NCBI GenBank assembly: GCA_964512925.1
Contig: CAZEKH010000001.1
Span: 39,445-103,444, forward strand
Reading direction: 5' to 3'
Length of the DNA stretch: 64,000 nt
Origin: an uncultured Candidatus Saccharibacteria bacterium
GTDB lineage: Bacteria > Patescibacteriota > Doudnabacteria > UBA920
Shown here piece by piece: positions 10,985 through 20,149 of this stretch; the stretch's first letter is position 1; the number at the start of each line of letters is the position of its first letter. The notes beneath the pieces are model-generated. The model was not told where the DNA came from. It did not search any database and was given only the letters and a program-made list of their open reading frames with translations. Made by a program: the position numbers and the translations under genes.

Positions 10985-11212
10985 CTAACTATTTGGATAG
11001 CGCCTAAAATCATTTATAAACCTCTCCATCTGCCGGTTTATATATATTAGCCTTTCCTCTATCCGATACTCCAAAGCCCGCTCCTCCTGTTCGCTTTCCG
11101 GTATGTTGTCATAATAATCATTTACAATATCTGTAAACTCATTACGAATCCCCTGCAGCCTCTCCCGCCGTTCGCGATGCCGACGGGTGGCAGCTTGCTC
11201 GTCAAATGCCAT
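10985..11212 (-). CDS. Hypothetical small charged protein
   Basis: 75 aa ORF, Arg/Glu-rich, no recognisable domain. Confidence 0.3.
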   Translation of the reverse strand: MAFDEQAATRRHRERRERLQGIRNEFTDIVNDYYDNIPESEQEERALEYRIEERLIYINRQMERFINDFRRYPNS

Positions 11213-11245
11213 AAAAAAAATTTAATATTTTAAATATTATACACC

Positions 11246-11281
11246 AAAAACACGCTCCGATGTAAAATCGGAGCGTGTTTT
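11246..11281 (-). terminator. Hairpin terminator immediately 3' of tRNA-Ala(GGC)
   Basis: AAAAACACGCTCCGAT-GTAAAA-ATCGGAGCGTGTTTTT. Confidence 0.55.
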
Positions 11282-11357
11282 TGGTGGACCATACCGGATT
11301 TGAACCGGTCGCCTCTTCCATGCCATGGAAGCGCTCTACCAAATGAGCTAATGGCCC
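11282..11357 (-). tRNA. tRNA-Ala (anticodon GGC)
   Basis: Reverse complement GGGCCATTAGCTCATTTGGTAGAGCGCTTCCATGGCATGGAAG...GGTTCAAATCCGGTATGGTCCACCA. G3:U70 Ala identity pair. CCA encoded. Confidence 0.85.
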
Positions 11358-11396
11358 AGTTTTGTTATTACGATTGTTATTATTTTAGTATTCATT

Positions 11397-11648
11397 CTAC
11401 CTGGCTTTTTTTATTTCGTCTAGTGTTTGCTGCCAGCTTTTTGCCTGCTCCCGAAACGCGGGAATCACGCCAATAGTATTTAAAACCCATCCCAATAATA
11501 TAAGCCCTAAAGCTACACCAACTATGCTTCCAAGCCCTTGCATCATCCCCCGCACAAAAGCCCGCCACCAGCTCTCGGTTTTATGAAAAATTCCAAGTAG
11601 ATGTTGATCTAATTTTTCTAACTGATTTTTTAATTCGGGATCAAGCAT
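11397..11648 (-). CDS. Small membrane protein (hypothetical)
   Basis: 83 aa with one hydrophobic helix (GLGSIVGVALGLILLGWVL). Confidence 0.4.
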   Translation of the reverse strand: MLDPELKNQLEKLDQHLLGIFHKTESWWRAFVRGMMQGLGSIVGVALGLILLGWVLNTIGVIPAFREQAKSWQQTLDEIKKAR

Positions 11649-11808
11649 AAAAATATATTGAAAATGAATTTTTTACATTATATCAAACTTTTAAAACTGT
11701 TTCTAAATTTTTCTTCTTTTTTTCAACAAAAAATCCTACACAGATATTTAATTAAATAACTGTAACCAGTCTTCTGCTTTGAAAAATCACAAGAAATAAC
11801 AAAATTCT

Positions 11809-11883
11809 TGGTGACCTCGGCTGGAATCGAACCAACATCAATAGCTTAGGACGCTACTGCTCTATCCATTGAGCTACGAGGCC
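11809..11883 (-). tRNA. tRNA-Arg (anticodon CCT)
   Basis: Reverse complement GGCCTCGTAGCTCAATGGATAGAGCAGTAGCGTCCTAAGCTAT...GGTTCGATTCCAGCCGAGGTCACCA. Anticodon loop GTCCTAA. Confidence 0.75.
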
Positions 11884-12062
11884 ATAACTAAGATTTGTCT
11901 TATTTGATTTAAATATTTCAAATAAATGCATAAAATCAAGTAGAAAAAGTATATCAGAAAAATCAGTATGTTAAAATGCCTATGATGATACTTTGAATTT
12001 TGTTTTTGAAAGCTTCAACATTTGGCAGTAAACCTAAATGAATATGAAAAGAATTAATATTT

Positions 12063-13415
12063 ATGATTTACAACACATTTATTAAAAAAGTTAAATATCA
12101 GCACATCTTTTTGCAAGCTGGAATTTTTTTATTGATTCTCAGCATATTTTTTTCTGTAAGAAAAGTGTTTGAATTACCAGAATCATACATATTTGGTCAA
12201 TTTTCTGATTTTACGACTATTTCCTTATATTTAAGCGATATTATTGGTATATCTTTAATATGTTTACTTTTTTATCTTAAATATAAGAAAAAAATTGAAT
12301 ATCGGATGTCCGATATTTATATATTATTAATTTTCTGGCTTATTTCAAAGCTTTTATTATTTCCTTTAAAAGCAAGCTACATATCAATCTTTTTCACTAT
12401 AAAGCTAATATTTCTGCTATTTGTTGCATATGGAACAGATATTATCTTTACCCATTTAAGAACAATAAAAGTTAAGATATCCCCTATATTTATAAGGATT
12501 TTTTTAATTCTTACCTCATTCCAAGCATTTTTAGCGATTCTCCAGCACATTCAGCAAAAATCCCTTGGCTTGTACCAATTAGGGGAGTCACATATTGGAC
12601 CAAATATTTTAGGGACGGCAAAAGTAGTTTCAAATGACATATTGACAATTCGGAGTTACGGGACATTTCCACATCCCAATGTTTTGTCAGTTTTTCTCGT
12701 TTTTGGCTTAGGAATTTCTATCTATTTGTTACTTGAAGCCAATTCGCTAAGGTTAAAGATTTTATACTCTTTACTTATCATACTAAACACAATCGGTTTA
12801 ACCTTATCTTTCTCCAGAGCAGGATATTTGGCTTATTTACTATTTATTTCGTTCTTTACAATTGTACTTGTTTATAAAAAATATAAAGTTTCCAAATTTT
12901 TCCTTCTGGTTTTGCCCATAATCCTATTTTCAGTAATTCTTTCATATTCAATTTTTAAAAATGAAATCACTCCTCGCTCTGTTACTAAAGATCCGGCCTT
13001 CAGCGAAAGAGTCTTTTTAAACAAAATCGGCTTAAATATGATTAAAAACAACTGGTTTTTAGGAGTTGGAGCAGGGGAGTCAGTGCTTCATATGGAACAC
13101 TACTCAGATACCCCCCTCAAACTTTGGCAAAAGCAACCAATACATAACTATTTTCTACTTTCTTCATCAGAGCTTGGACTCCCTGGATTGATTCTTTTTC
13201 TTTTTATCTTCGCCAACAGTCTGATTGGATTAATAAAAAAACTATATATTTGTTTTTCATCTTACTACTTACTACTTACTGCTTTGTTACTTGTCATACT
13301 GTTTTTAATGCAATTTGACCATTATTTCTACACTTTAAACCAACCACAGTTACTTTTGTGGATGTTTTTAGGACTAGTTTCATCTGAAACAAAAAAATCC
13401 CCAGTAGGGGATTAG
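12063..13415 (+). CDS. O-antigen ligase family (Wzy_C) polytopic membrane protein
   Basis: 450 aa, about 10 TM segments, LSFSRAGYLAYLLF motif typical of the Wzy_C/WaaL family. Confidence 0.7.
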   Translation: MIYNTFIKKVKYQHIFLQAGIFLLILSIFFSVRKVFELPESYIFGQFSDFTTISLYLSDIIGISLICLLFYLKYKKKIEYRMSDIYILLIFWLISKLLLFPLKASYISIFFTIKLIFLLFVAYGTDIIFTHLRTIKVKISPIFIRIFLILTSFQAFLAILQHIQQKSLGLYQLGESHIGPNILGTAKVVSNDILTIRSYGTFPHPNVLSVFLVFGLGISIYLLLEANSLRLKILYSLLIILNTIGLTLSFSRAGYLAYLLFISFFTIVLVYKKYKVSKFFLLVLPIILFSVILSYSIFKNEITPRSVTKDPAFSERVFLNKIGLNMIKNNWFLGVGAGESVLHMEHYSDTPLKLWQKQPIHNYFLLSSSELGLPGLILFLFIFANSLIGLIKKLYICFSSYYLLLTALLLVILFLMQFDHYFYTLNQPQLLLWMFLGLVSSETKKSPVGD

Positions 13416-13437
13416 GGTTTTAAAAAATATATATTGA

Positions 13438-13908
13438 TTATTTATGGTACTGTTTGCCGGTTAGTATAGTAAATGCTCTGTATATTTGCTCTTCCAAAAT
13501 AACCCTTGCCATATTGTGAGGGAAAGTTAAAGGGGAGAGAGATACTGAGTAATTTGAATATTTTTTTAAACTTTGATGCAAACCCACGCCACTACCTATC
13601 ACAAAAACCATTTCCCTGCCAAAACCGCCAATTCTTTCTAAAAAAACCGCAAACTCTTTTGAGGTTCTAAGCTGACCGGCTTCTTCCAGTAAAATTACCA
13701 CTGCGTCTTTTGGTAAATGAGCGATAATCTTTTCAGCTTCCTGTTCTTTGATTTTTTCAATATCAAAATTTTTTTTATAAGCAACTTCCTGAAGCTCAAC
13801 AATTTTAATTTTTAAGAATGGCAAAAGCCTTTTTAAATATTCTTGTTCCAGGTCTTTATATGCCTGCTCTTTAAATTTTCCTAAAACAATAATTTGAATT
13901 TTCAACAT
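13438..13908 (-). CDS. rlmH: 23S rRNA (pseudouridine1915-N3)-methyltransferase RlmH
   Basis: 156 aa SPOUT family. MLKIQIIVLGKFKE N-terminus and C-terminal PHNMARVILEEQIYRAFTILTG match RlmH. Confidence 0.85.
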   Translation of the reverse strand: MLKIQIIVLGKFKEQAYKDLEQEYLKRLLPFLKIKIVELQEVAYKKNFDIEKIKEQEAEKIIAHLPKDAVVILLEEAGQLRTSKEFAVFLERIGGFGREMVFVIGSGVGLHQSLKKYSNYSVSLSPLTFPHNMARVILEEQIYRAFTILTGKQYHK

Positions 13909-13953
13909 ACATATATTTTAGCAAATCCTGTATAATAAAACTATTAAATAAAA

Positions 13954-14505
13954 ATGAAAAAATCATTAAACACATCTGGCTTTACTTTAATTGAATTACT
14001 GGTTGTCATAGCTATAATCGGAATTTTATCTTCGGTTGTTATGGTAGCTATGAGAAACGCCAGAGAAACTGCAAAAAATTCTAAAACCCTAGCGGATTTA
14101 AAACAGATTCGCACTGCTCTGAGTATGCTTGAAGCCGATACAGGCAAATGGCCAAACGGTTGTCCTGTTGACACAACAGGCAACCCTGAAGTAGCTTTGG
14201 ATTTGCCGGCTGCGGGCATCAAGTCCTTGCCAACAGTCGGTTCGTATGGCGGTTCTTGTATTTGGACAGCCAGCGATATTGCCCTTTGGCGCGGACCTTA
14301 TGCGCCTGTTACAGTGGATGTTTGGCAAAGCAGTTACTATTTTGATCCGGACTTTTACACATGCGAAGAGGGATTAACCGTCAAACATGCTGTGATCCAG
14401 AGTTATGGCGCAAACCGAGAACAAAATTATTTAAGCAGCAACATCAACGCAGGCTCTGCCTGCCTGCTGCAAGAGAGTGACGACATTTATATGCTTTTAA
14501 AATAA
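13954..14505 (+). CDS. Type IV pilin / pseudopilin-like protein (prepilin N-terminal cleavage/methylation domain)
   Basis: GFTLIELLVVIAIIGILSSV class-III signal peptide right after the short leader. 183 aa. Confidence 0.85.
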   Translation: MKKSLNTSGFTLIELLVVIAIIGILSSVVMVAMRNARETAKNSKTLADLKQIRTALSMLEADTGKWPNGCPVDTTGNPEVALDLPAAGIKSLPTVGSYGGSCIWTASDIALWRGPYAPVTVDVWQSSYYFDPDFYTCEEGLTVKHAVIQSYGANREQNYLSSNINAGSACLLQESDDIYMLLK

Positions 14506-14599
14506 ACCTTGATTTATTAACAAAACTAAAATATAATTGGCTCTATAAATAAATTATTATTATGCGGAAACTCGACCCGTCACAAAATTTATAAATTAA

Positions 14600-14656
14600 G
14601 GGCCTATGGTCCAGTGATAAGACACAGCATTCGCATCCTCCTACATTACTTTTGTA
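14600..14656 (+). pseudogene. Degenerate 5' tRNA-like fragment plus hairpin immediately upstream of tRNA-Ala(CGC)
   Basis: GGGCCTATGGTCCAGTGATAAGAC... has an acceptor/D-arm-like start and shares GCATTCGCAT with the downstream tRNA-Ala anticodon loop. It does not fold as a full tRNA. It ends in the hairpin CCTACATTACTTTTGTAGG. Confidence 0.35.
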
Positions 14657-14730
14657 GGGGATATAGTAAAATGGTATTACGCGGCATTCGCATTGCCGAG
14701 GTTCGGGTTCGATTCCCGATATCTCCACCA
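14657..14730 (+). tRNA. tRNA-Ala (anticodon CGC)
   Basis: GGGGATATAGTAAAATGGTATTACGCGGCATTCGCATTGCCGAGGTTCGGGTTCGATTCCCGATATCTCCACCA. G3:U70. Anticodon loop TTCGCAT. Confidence 0.85.
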
Positions 14731-14878
14731 AAAGTAATTTCGGACGGACAAGCTGCCGGGACGAGAGTTCGACTCTTGCTAGACGCAGCAGACAAATTTT
14801 TATTCTGTTTTTAAACTCAAAACTTTTTTTCTGGTTAAATAGAAACTTAGTGTTTAAAAAAATTTATATATTTATATT

Positions 14879-15445
14879 ATGTCAGACTATACACGTAATC
14901 CGGACGAACTTTACGAGCCCCAAGCCCCCGCCAAAACAAAACCAATGGAGCGCAATCCTACTGCGCAAGAGGTCACAGAAGCATTAATCAGCGTCGAAAT
15001 AGCGAGTTTAGCTGATGAATACGACAATCCAAGATCCCAATCTTCAAAAGACTCCTCAGATTTTAAGGAAAAACCAAAACAAGGCGCTTGGTTTGAATAC
15101 ATTTGTAAGCGTGAAGAAATACAACCTGGCATGCTAGCAATCTGTCAAAAAAAAGATAACAGCGTAGGCATATTTGATTTTGGTGGGAAAGAATTCATTT
15201 TTCTTTATACCAATGACCAGGCCAAAATTTCAGATACCCAATTGCATAAATATATGGAAGCCATACAAAAAGCTGGATATACTGAACCTTTAACTGTCGT
15301 CCCAATAAGAGATTTAAAAATTTTTGACGATCTAAAAGCAGATGTGAATATTATGTTAGACGCTCCATTATCCAACAAACAGCAAATTAATATTTCTAAC
15401 TTAGAAGTAACATCAACAGATCTGAATGATAAAAGTCTGGAATGA
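14879..15445 (+). CDS. Hypothetical protein
   Basis: 188 aa, no recognisable motif. Followed by a bidirectional hairpin terminator at 15503-15534. Confidence 0.4.
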   Translation: MSDYTRNPDELYEPQAPAKTKPMERNPTAQEVTEALISVEIASLADEYDNPRSQSSKDSSDFKEKPKQGAWFEYICKREEIQPGMLAICQKKDNSVGIFDFGGKEFIFLYTNDQAKISDTQLHKYMEAIQKAGYTEPLTVVPIRDLKIFDDLKADVNIMLDAPLSNKQQINISNLEVTSTDLNDKSLE

Positions 15446-15502
15446 TTATTTTGCAAATAAATTCTTTTATCTAAGACCATAAATATAATATCAATTCAAA
15501 AC

Positions 15503-15534
15503 CCCGTCCTTTGCAAACAAAGGGCGGAGTTTTG
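15503..15534. terminator. Bidirectional hairpin terminator (CCGTCCTTTG...CAAAGGGCGG)
   Basis: A-run before and T-run after. Lies between convergent genes. Confidence 0.5.
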
Positions 15535-15558
15535 TTTATAAAAACTTAAATGTGATTT

Positions 15559-16146
15559 CTATAACTTTTTAAATTTCTTTGACACGTACAGGCTGAACAA
15601 AAAAAATAAACAGAAAATACCCAGCAAAACCAACTCGCCGTATTTCAAAAAACCCAGCAAGGTTTGATACGATGAGCTAAAAACATAAGCCAAGGTTCCA
15701 AAAATACTCAGCCAAATCACGACAGATAAAAAACCAAATCCAATATATTGTTTCATTGGAAACTTTAACACTCCAAACCGCAACAGCGCAGTACGATGCA
15801 GGCCATAAACAAATTTGGACAACAACATTACTTTAAACGGCTTTTCTAAAAAATGATTGTCAAAACGTCCTACCATTTTATGTAAAAAACCAACAAATTT
15901 TTCAAACCGGTGCAAATGCCTGCCAATATAATACCAGATCTGCTGCTCTAAAAGAGCGCCAAAAACCACGGACAACAGTACTGGCCAAAACCCAAGACTG
16001 CCCTGAGTTACTGCAAAGGCAGCTGCAAAAACTGTAATCATTGCCTCGACTGACATCCCTAAAACAATAGCCAAGTATGCCAAAATAGGGGACAGGGTTA
16101 AAAAAACAAAATCCATAAACAAATAAATAAAAATAACTCCCCACAC
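15559..16146 (-). CDS. DedA / VTT-domain family membrane protein
   Basis: 195 aa, 4-5 TM segments. Conserved glycine/glutamate pattern (GALLEQQIWYYIGRH) as in DedA/TVP38. Confidence 0.55.
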   Translation of the reverse strand: MWGVIFIYLFMDFVFLTLSPILAYLAIVLGMSVEAMITVFAAAFAVTQGSLGFWPVLLSVVFGALLEQQIWYYIGRHLHRFEKFVGFLHKMVGRFDNHFLEKPFKVMLLSKFVYGLHRTALLRFGVLKFPMKQYIGFGFLSVVIWLSIFGTLAYVFSSSYQTLLGFLKYGELVLLGIFCLFFLFSLYVSKKFKKL

Positions 16147-16240
16147 TCACTTTGGTATTATACCACTGACCGGCTATAAAATCTTCTCATGATATAACAA
16201 CAACCATTGCCTAAAAGATTTTAAACTATCTGCAATAAAC

Positions 16241-17755
16241 TTAGGCGCTATGCAACACCTCAATTTTTGCTCCTAAAGTTTTCAAACGACTAACAAGATC
16301 CTCATATCCGCGGTTAATAGAATACACATTACGAAGAACGGAAGTTCCTTTGGCTGCCAGCATACCAATCAAAATAATAGCAGCCGGCCGAAGGGCGGGC
16401 GGACAGATAACTTCAGCCCCTTTAAGCTCACTTACACCTTCTATTTGTACCCGATGAGCGTCCAGCAAAGTCAGATTGGCCCGCAATTTAGAAAGCTCTA
16501 GATAATAAATTGCGCGATTTTCATAAACCCAATCATGGATTAAGGTCCTGCCTTTTGCTAGAGCGGCAAGAGGCACAAAAAATGGCAAATTGTCTATATT
16601 TATCCCGGCATTTGAAGGCAGGGGATGAATTTTTTCTGTAAGAGCTGTTAAATTACCAGTCGCCATGGTTTTGATGTCACACAATTTCGTATAACCATTT
16701 TGGCTGAGATAGTTTTTAATTATTTTATACTTAAAACCCATTTTTTCCATCTTTAACAGCTCCATCCGTAAAAACTCTATGGGACACCTTTCAATTGTTA
16801 TGTTGGAGCTCGTTGCCGCCGCCAAGGACAAAAAAAGCATTGACTCAATAGGATCCTCGCTTACTGCAAATTCTATATTTCTATCTATCTCATCTACACC
16901 CTCAATCTCCAAAGTTGAAGAGCCAATACCGGAAATTTTTACTCCCAATTTTTGCAAAAAGAAGCAGACATCCTGCACCATATAATTAGCCGAGGCCAAG
17001 CGAACAGTGGTTTTTCCAGGACATAACGCAGCCGCCATCACAATATTTTCTGTTACCGTATCACCCATTTCATATAAAGTGATATCAGCGGCTTTCAGAT
17101 TTTTAGCAGATATTTCATAATGATCGTGAATGGTTTTTATTTTTATTCCCAATCTCTCTAAAGCAAACAAGTGCGGAGCAACTGTGCGCTGACCCAGTTT
17201 GCAGCCACCAGCAAATGGTAGAGAAAATTCGGGCAAAAAATGCGCCAAAGGACCCATAAGCATAATCACGGTGCGAGTTTTTATCGCTGCTTGAATATCC
17301 AACTGCTGAATGGCAAATATTTTCGGCGGCTTTATAAGCAAGTCATTATTTTGCCATTTAACGCTGACCCCAATACTGCTTAAAACCTCAATTATTCTAT
17401 ATACTTCTTCAATCTTCGGAACATTTTTTAAGGTTGTCGCTCCCTTGTTTAAAAGCGAAGCGCACATCAAACCCAAAGCGCAATTTTTAGAAGTATTGGT
17501 TCTGACAGCGCCGGAAAGTTCGCGCCCTCCCTCAATCTTAAAATTCAACTGTTCAGAGGCTAACGAAATTATCTTTCTGTTTAACACCCCGGAAATTTTT
17601 GAAAGCATTTCGGTAGAAAAATTCTGCAAACCTTTTTCCATACGCGCAACTGCTGACTGACTAGTTTTTAAACTTTTGGCAAAATCTGCCTGGCTTATAC
17701 CTTGTTTTTGCCTGAGCTTTTGAATAAACTTTCCGATAGTTTTGGCTTCAATCAT
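16241..17755 (-). CDS. murA: UDP-N-acetylglucosamine 1-carboxyvinyltransferase homolog with N-terminal HTH_XRE domain
   Basis: Residues ~1-65, IGKFIQKLRQKQGISQADFAKSLKTSQSAVARMEKG, form an XRE helix-turn-helix. The remainder is an EPT-fold MurA with AGGCKLGQRTVAPH (catalytic Cys loop) and MurA-like N-lobe. Confidence 0.8.
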   Translation of the reverse strand: MIEAKTIGKFIQKLRQKQGISQADFAKSLKTSQSAVARMEKGLQNFSTEMLSKISGVLNRKIISLASEQLNFKIEGGRELSGAVRTNTSKNCALGLMCASLLNKGATTLKNVPKIEEVYRIIEVLSSIGVSVKWQNNDLLIKPPKIFAIQQLDIQAAIKTRTVIMLMGPLAHFLPEFSLPFAGGCKLGQRTVAPHLFALERLGIKIKTIHDHYEISAKNLKAADITLYEMGDTVTENIVMAAALCPGKTTVRLASANYMVQDVCFFLQKLGVKISGIGSSTLEIEGVDEIDRNIEFAVSEDPIESMLFLSLAAATSSNITIERCPIEFLRMELLKMEKMGFKYKIIKNYLSQNGYTKLCDIKTMATGNLTALTEKIHPLPSNAGINIDNLPFFVPLAALAKGRTLIHDWVYENRAIYYLELSKLRANLTLLDAHRVQIEGVSELKGAEVICPPALRPAAIILIGMLAAKGTSVLRNVYSINRGYEDLVSRLKTLGAKIEVLHSA

Positions 17756-17808
17756 ATATTTTAGACTTAAGATTATTATCGCTTACATTATATCATATAT
17801 GATATTAT

Positions 17809-17835
17809 AAAACAACCCGCCTAGGCGGGTTGTTT
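17809..17835 (-). terminator. Hairpin terminator AAACAACCCGCC-TAG-GCGGGTTGTTT
   Basis: Perfect 12-bp stem downstream of the small minus-strand ORF 17848-18087. Confidence 0.5.
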
Positions 17836-17847
17836 GATGTAAATTTG

Positions 17848-18087
17848 TTAAAGCTGGAAAACCTGCTTAAACCAGGCTTCTAAAAAATGCGTTTTTTGGT
17901 TATAAAAATATACCGCCAAAACCACAGTCAAATAAAGCAAATTGAGCAAAACCAACCTCACCAAGTCGTGCTTGATCACAGTATATTCCTCAGCCTCGGA
18001 AAACATCTGGACATTTTGACTGTTATTTTTTTTCAATTTTTGGGACATAAACAAATAATTAATAGTCATTAAAATAAATATTAACAT
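17848..18087 (-). CDS. Small hypothetical membrane protein
   Basis: 79 aa with one hydrophobic segment. Weak support. Confidence 0.25.
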   Translation of the reverse strand: MLIFILMTINYLFMSQKLKKNNSQNVQMFSEAEEYTVIKHDLVRLVLLNLLYLTVVLAVYFYNQKTHFLEAWFKQVFQL

Positions 18088-18134
18088 TTAGGGGATTTGA
18101 AAGCAAATGGTCTTAGTGTTACAATAAGCAAGCT

Positions 18135-18629
18135 ATGCAAACATTTTTTAGCCAAAATCCCAATTTTATTGGGTATATTCTGACTTTATTTGCCCTGACG
18201 CTTTCAGGTTTGGCGCTGTATAAGATCAAAAATCTGAACAGTTTAAAAAAGAAATTTTTCCAAGGGTCCGATGGCGCTGACCTGGAAAATATTCTGAGAG
18301 TTTTGGACAGCAACTTGCAGGATTTGCAAAATCAGCAACTATATTTGGAGCAAAAATTGCTGGATCTGACAGAAGACGGGTCGTACGCAATAAAAAAAAT
18401 CGGGCTGGTGAAATTCAACCCGTATGAAAACAGCGGGGGAAATTTAAGTTTTTGCATTGCCCTCTTAAATGGCAAAAATTCGGGTTTAATACTGACTTCT
18501 ATGCACGGACGAGAGCATAACCGAATCTATACGAAAAAAATAATCGGTGGAAAAAGTGAAATAACACTGACAGAAGAAGAAATCAAAGCTGTCAACCTTG
18601 CTCAAGGACAAAAAGATTTCAACCCTTAA
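18135..18629 (+). CDS. DUF4446 family protein
   Basis: 164 aa. N-terminal TM, coiled-coil. C-terminal VKFNPYENSGGNLSFCIALLNGKNSGLILTSMHGRE matches the DUF4446 signature. Confidence 0.55.
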   Translation: MQTFFSQNPNFIGYILTLFALTLSGLALYKIKNLNSLKKKFFQGSDGADLENILRVLDSNLQDLQNQQLYLEQKLLDLTEDGSYAIKKIGLVKFNPYENSGGNLSFCIALLNGKNSGLILTSMHGREHNRIYTKKIIGGKSEITLTEEEIKAVNLAQGQKDFNP

Positions 18630-18674
18630 ACATTAATTCAGGCTTTTAAACAAGCCTTGGAACAAATCTAAAAT

Positions 18675-19085
18675 ATGAACAAAATTTTTGAAGAAAGCCA
18701 GAGCCAGCAGGCTGACACAGTGGTGGGACCTTCAGTAAAAATTCAAGGTGATTTAAACAGCGAGGGTAACATCCGCATCGAAGGTCAGGTTTCCGGAAAA
18801 GTCAAAACCAGCCAGAGCGTATTTGTCATTCAAGGCGCAAAAATCACCGCCGATGTAGTAGCCGGCAATGCGGTTATTGGCGGTGAAATTCAAGGTAATT
18901 TAAAAATATCCGGGCAGCTAATTTTGCAGCCTACGGCTAAAATTTTGGGCGACATTGCCTGCCAAGTTTTGCGGGTGGAAGACGGTGCGGTTTTTTCCGG
19001 CAAATGTTCTATGAACACCGGGGAAATGGTTTCCACCAATGGAAAAAAGTCGGTTAAGCTTGTTGAGGAAATAGAGCAAGAGTAA
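18675..19085 (+). CDS. Bactofilin (polymer-forming cytoskeletal protein, DUF583)
   Basis: Repetitive beta-helical pattern IQGDLNSEGNIRIEGQVSGKVKTSQSVFVIQGAKITADVVAGNAVIGGEIQGNL. Confidence 0.8.
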   Translation: MNKIFEESQSQQADTVVGPSVKIQGDLNSEGNIRIEGQVSGKVKTSQSVFVIQGAKITADVVAGNAVIGGEIQGNLKISGQLILQPTAKILGDIACQVLRVEDGAVFSGKCSMNTGEMVSTNGKKSVKLVEEIEQE

Positions 19086-19152
19086 TTTTCTAAAAAAATA
19101 ACGATAACAATAACCATTACGATAACAAAAAGGATATTATTTATCGTTAACA

Positions 19153-20031
19153 GTGTTATTGTTATTTTTATTGTTATGGTTTACCGCTATGTACTACTAC
19201 ATCCTTGACCAGGGCAGCCTGCCGATCGACAAATTTGAAAGACTGCAAACCGAAGTCACCGGACTTTTGGCGGAGTTTAAAATTGCCGGAGAAATGGGCA
19301 GGGTAACACCTCTTCGGCACGTTTCCGAACTGGTCAATGTAGCTAGCCAAAGAGCGGTTAAAACCCTAGTCATCTGTGGCTCAGACGACACTTTTAACCA
19401 GGTCGTGGTTGCGCTAAAAGGACGGGACTTTCTTTTGGGCTTCATCCCGCTTGATGAAGAATCGTACTTGGGAAAAATACTCGGTTTAGACAGCGTATTT
19501 ACTGCTGTTAAAACCATTGCGGCTCGCCGGGTGGAAAAAATCGACCTGGCTAAGATTGGCGGCAATTACTTTTTAAGCTATCTGGAATTCGGCGTTACCA
19601 GCCAAAACTTAAAAGGCCTAAGCTGGTTTTCATCCCTGAGACTTTTGTCCATTGAACCCAAAAAATTTAACATCCGCATAGACGACTCGTACAATGTTGA
19701 GATTGAAGCCCTGGGCGGAATGCTGACCAATACCCGCTCCACCTCTTCTAAAAACGCTAGCATCGCCAACCCAACTGACAGCAGTCTTGATCTTTTACTC
19801 CTAGAACCTCTAAATAAAATGCAGATTTTGCAATACAAAAAAGACATCGCTGAAGGCACTTTGGAAAATGTGCCCAAAACCACAGTCATCAAATGCCGAA
19901 AAGCGGAATTCATCGAACCTCGCGGCACCAACCTAACCATGCTCGGCCGCGTTGTAGCCAAATTCCCGGCCGCTGTTGAAATCATCCCTCAAAGACTCAG
20001 GATGATAGTCGGAAAAAACAGAACATTTTAA
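19153..20031 (+). CDS. Diacylglycerol-kinase catalytic-domain (DAGK_cat/YegS-like) protein with degenerate motifs
   Basis: VICGSDDTFNQVVVAL and LGFIPLDEESY align to the GGDGT / GTGND motifs of DAGK_cat, but the key residues are substituted. Confidence 0.5.
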   Translation: MLLLFLLLWFTAMYYYILDQGSLPIDKFERLQTEVTGLLAEFKIAGEMGRVTPLRHVSELVNVASQRAVKTLVICGSDDTFNQVVVALKGRDFLLGFIPLDEESYLGKILGLDSVFTAVKTIAARRVEKIDLAKIGGNYFLSYLEFGVTSQNLKGLSWFSSLRLLSIEPKKFNIRIDDSYNVEIEALGGMLTNTRSTSSKNASIANPTDSSLDLLLLEPLNKMQILQYKKDIAEGTLENVPKTTVIKCRKAEFIEPRGTNLTMLGRVVAKFPAAVEIIPQRLRMIVGKNRTF

Positions 20032-20090
20032 TTCACGGATGCGCAGATAGGGACAAATAACACTAATTTTAAATTCTAATAAAAATATAA

Positions 20091-20122
20091 ACCGGCAGAA
20101 CGCTTACGCGCCTGCCGGTTTT
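20091..20122. terminator. Bidirectional terminator CCGGCAGAACGCTTACGCGCCTGCCGG plus T-run
   Basis: GC-rich stem flanked by A-run and T-run. Confidence 0.55.
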
Positions 20123-20149
20123 TGTATGCGTGGCAAGGATACCCGTCCA

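Noticed and set aside
14600-14814. tmRNA (tRNA-like 5' end, T-arm-like GGACGAGAGTTCGACTCTTGC further downstream)
   Set aside because: The tRNA-Ala in the middle is intact with its own acceptor stem. There is no tag-peptide reading frame or pseudoknot arrangement.
14543-14814. ORFs 14543-14731 (minus) and 14614-14814 (plus)
   Set aside because: They overlap tRNA-Ala(CGC) and its upstream fragment. No RBS. Considered spurious.
15902-16150. ORF overlapping the DedA gene in another frame
   Set aside because: Same strand, internal, Cys/Phe-rich nonsense translation.
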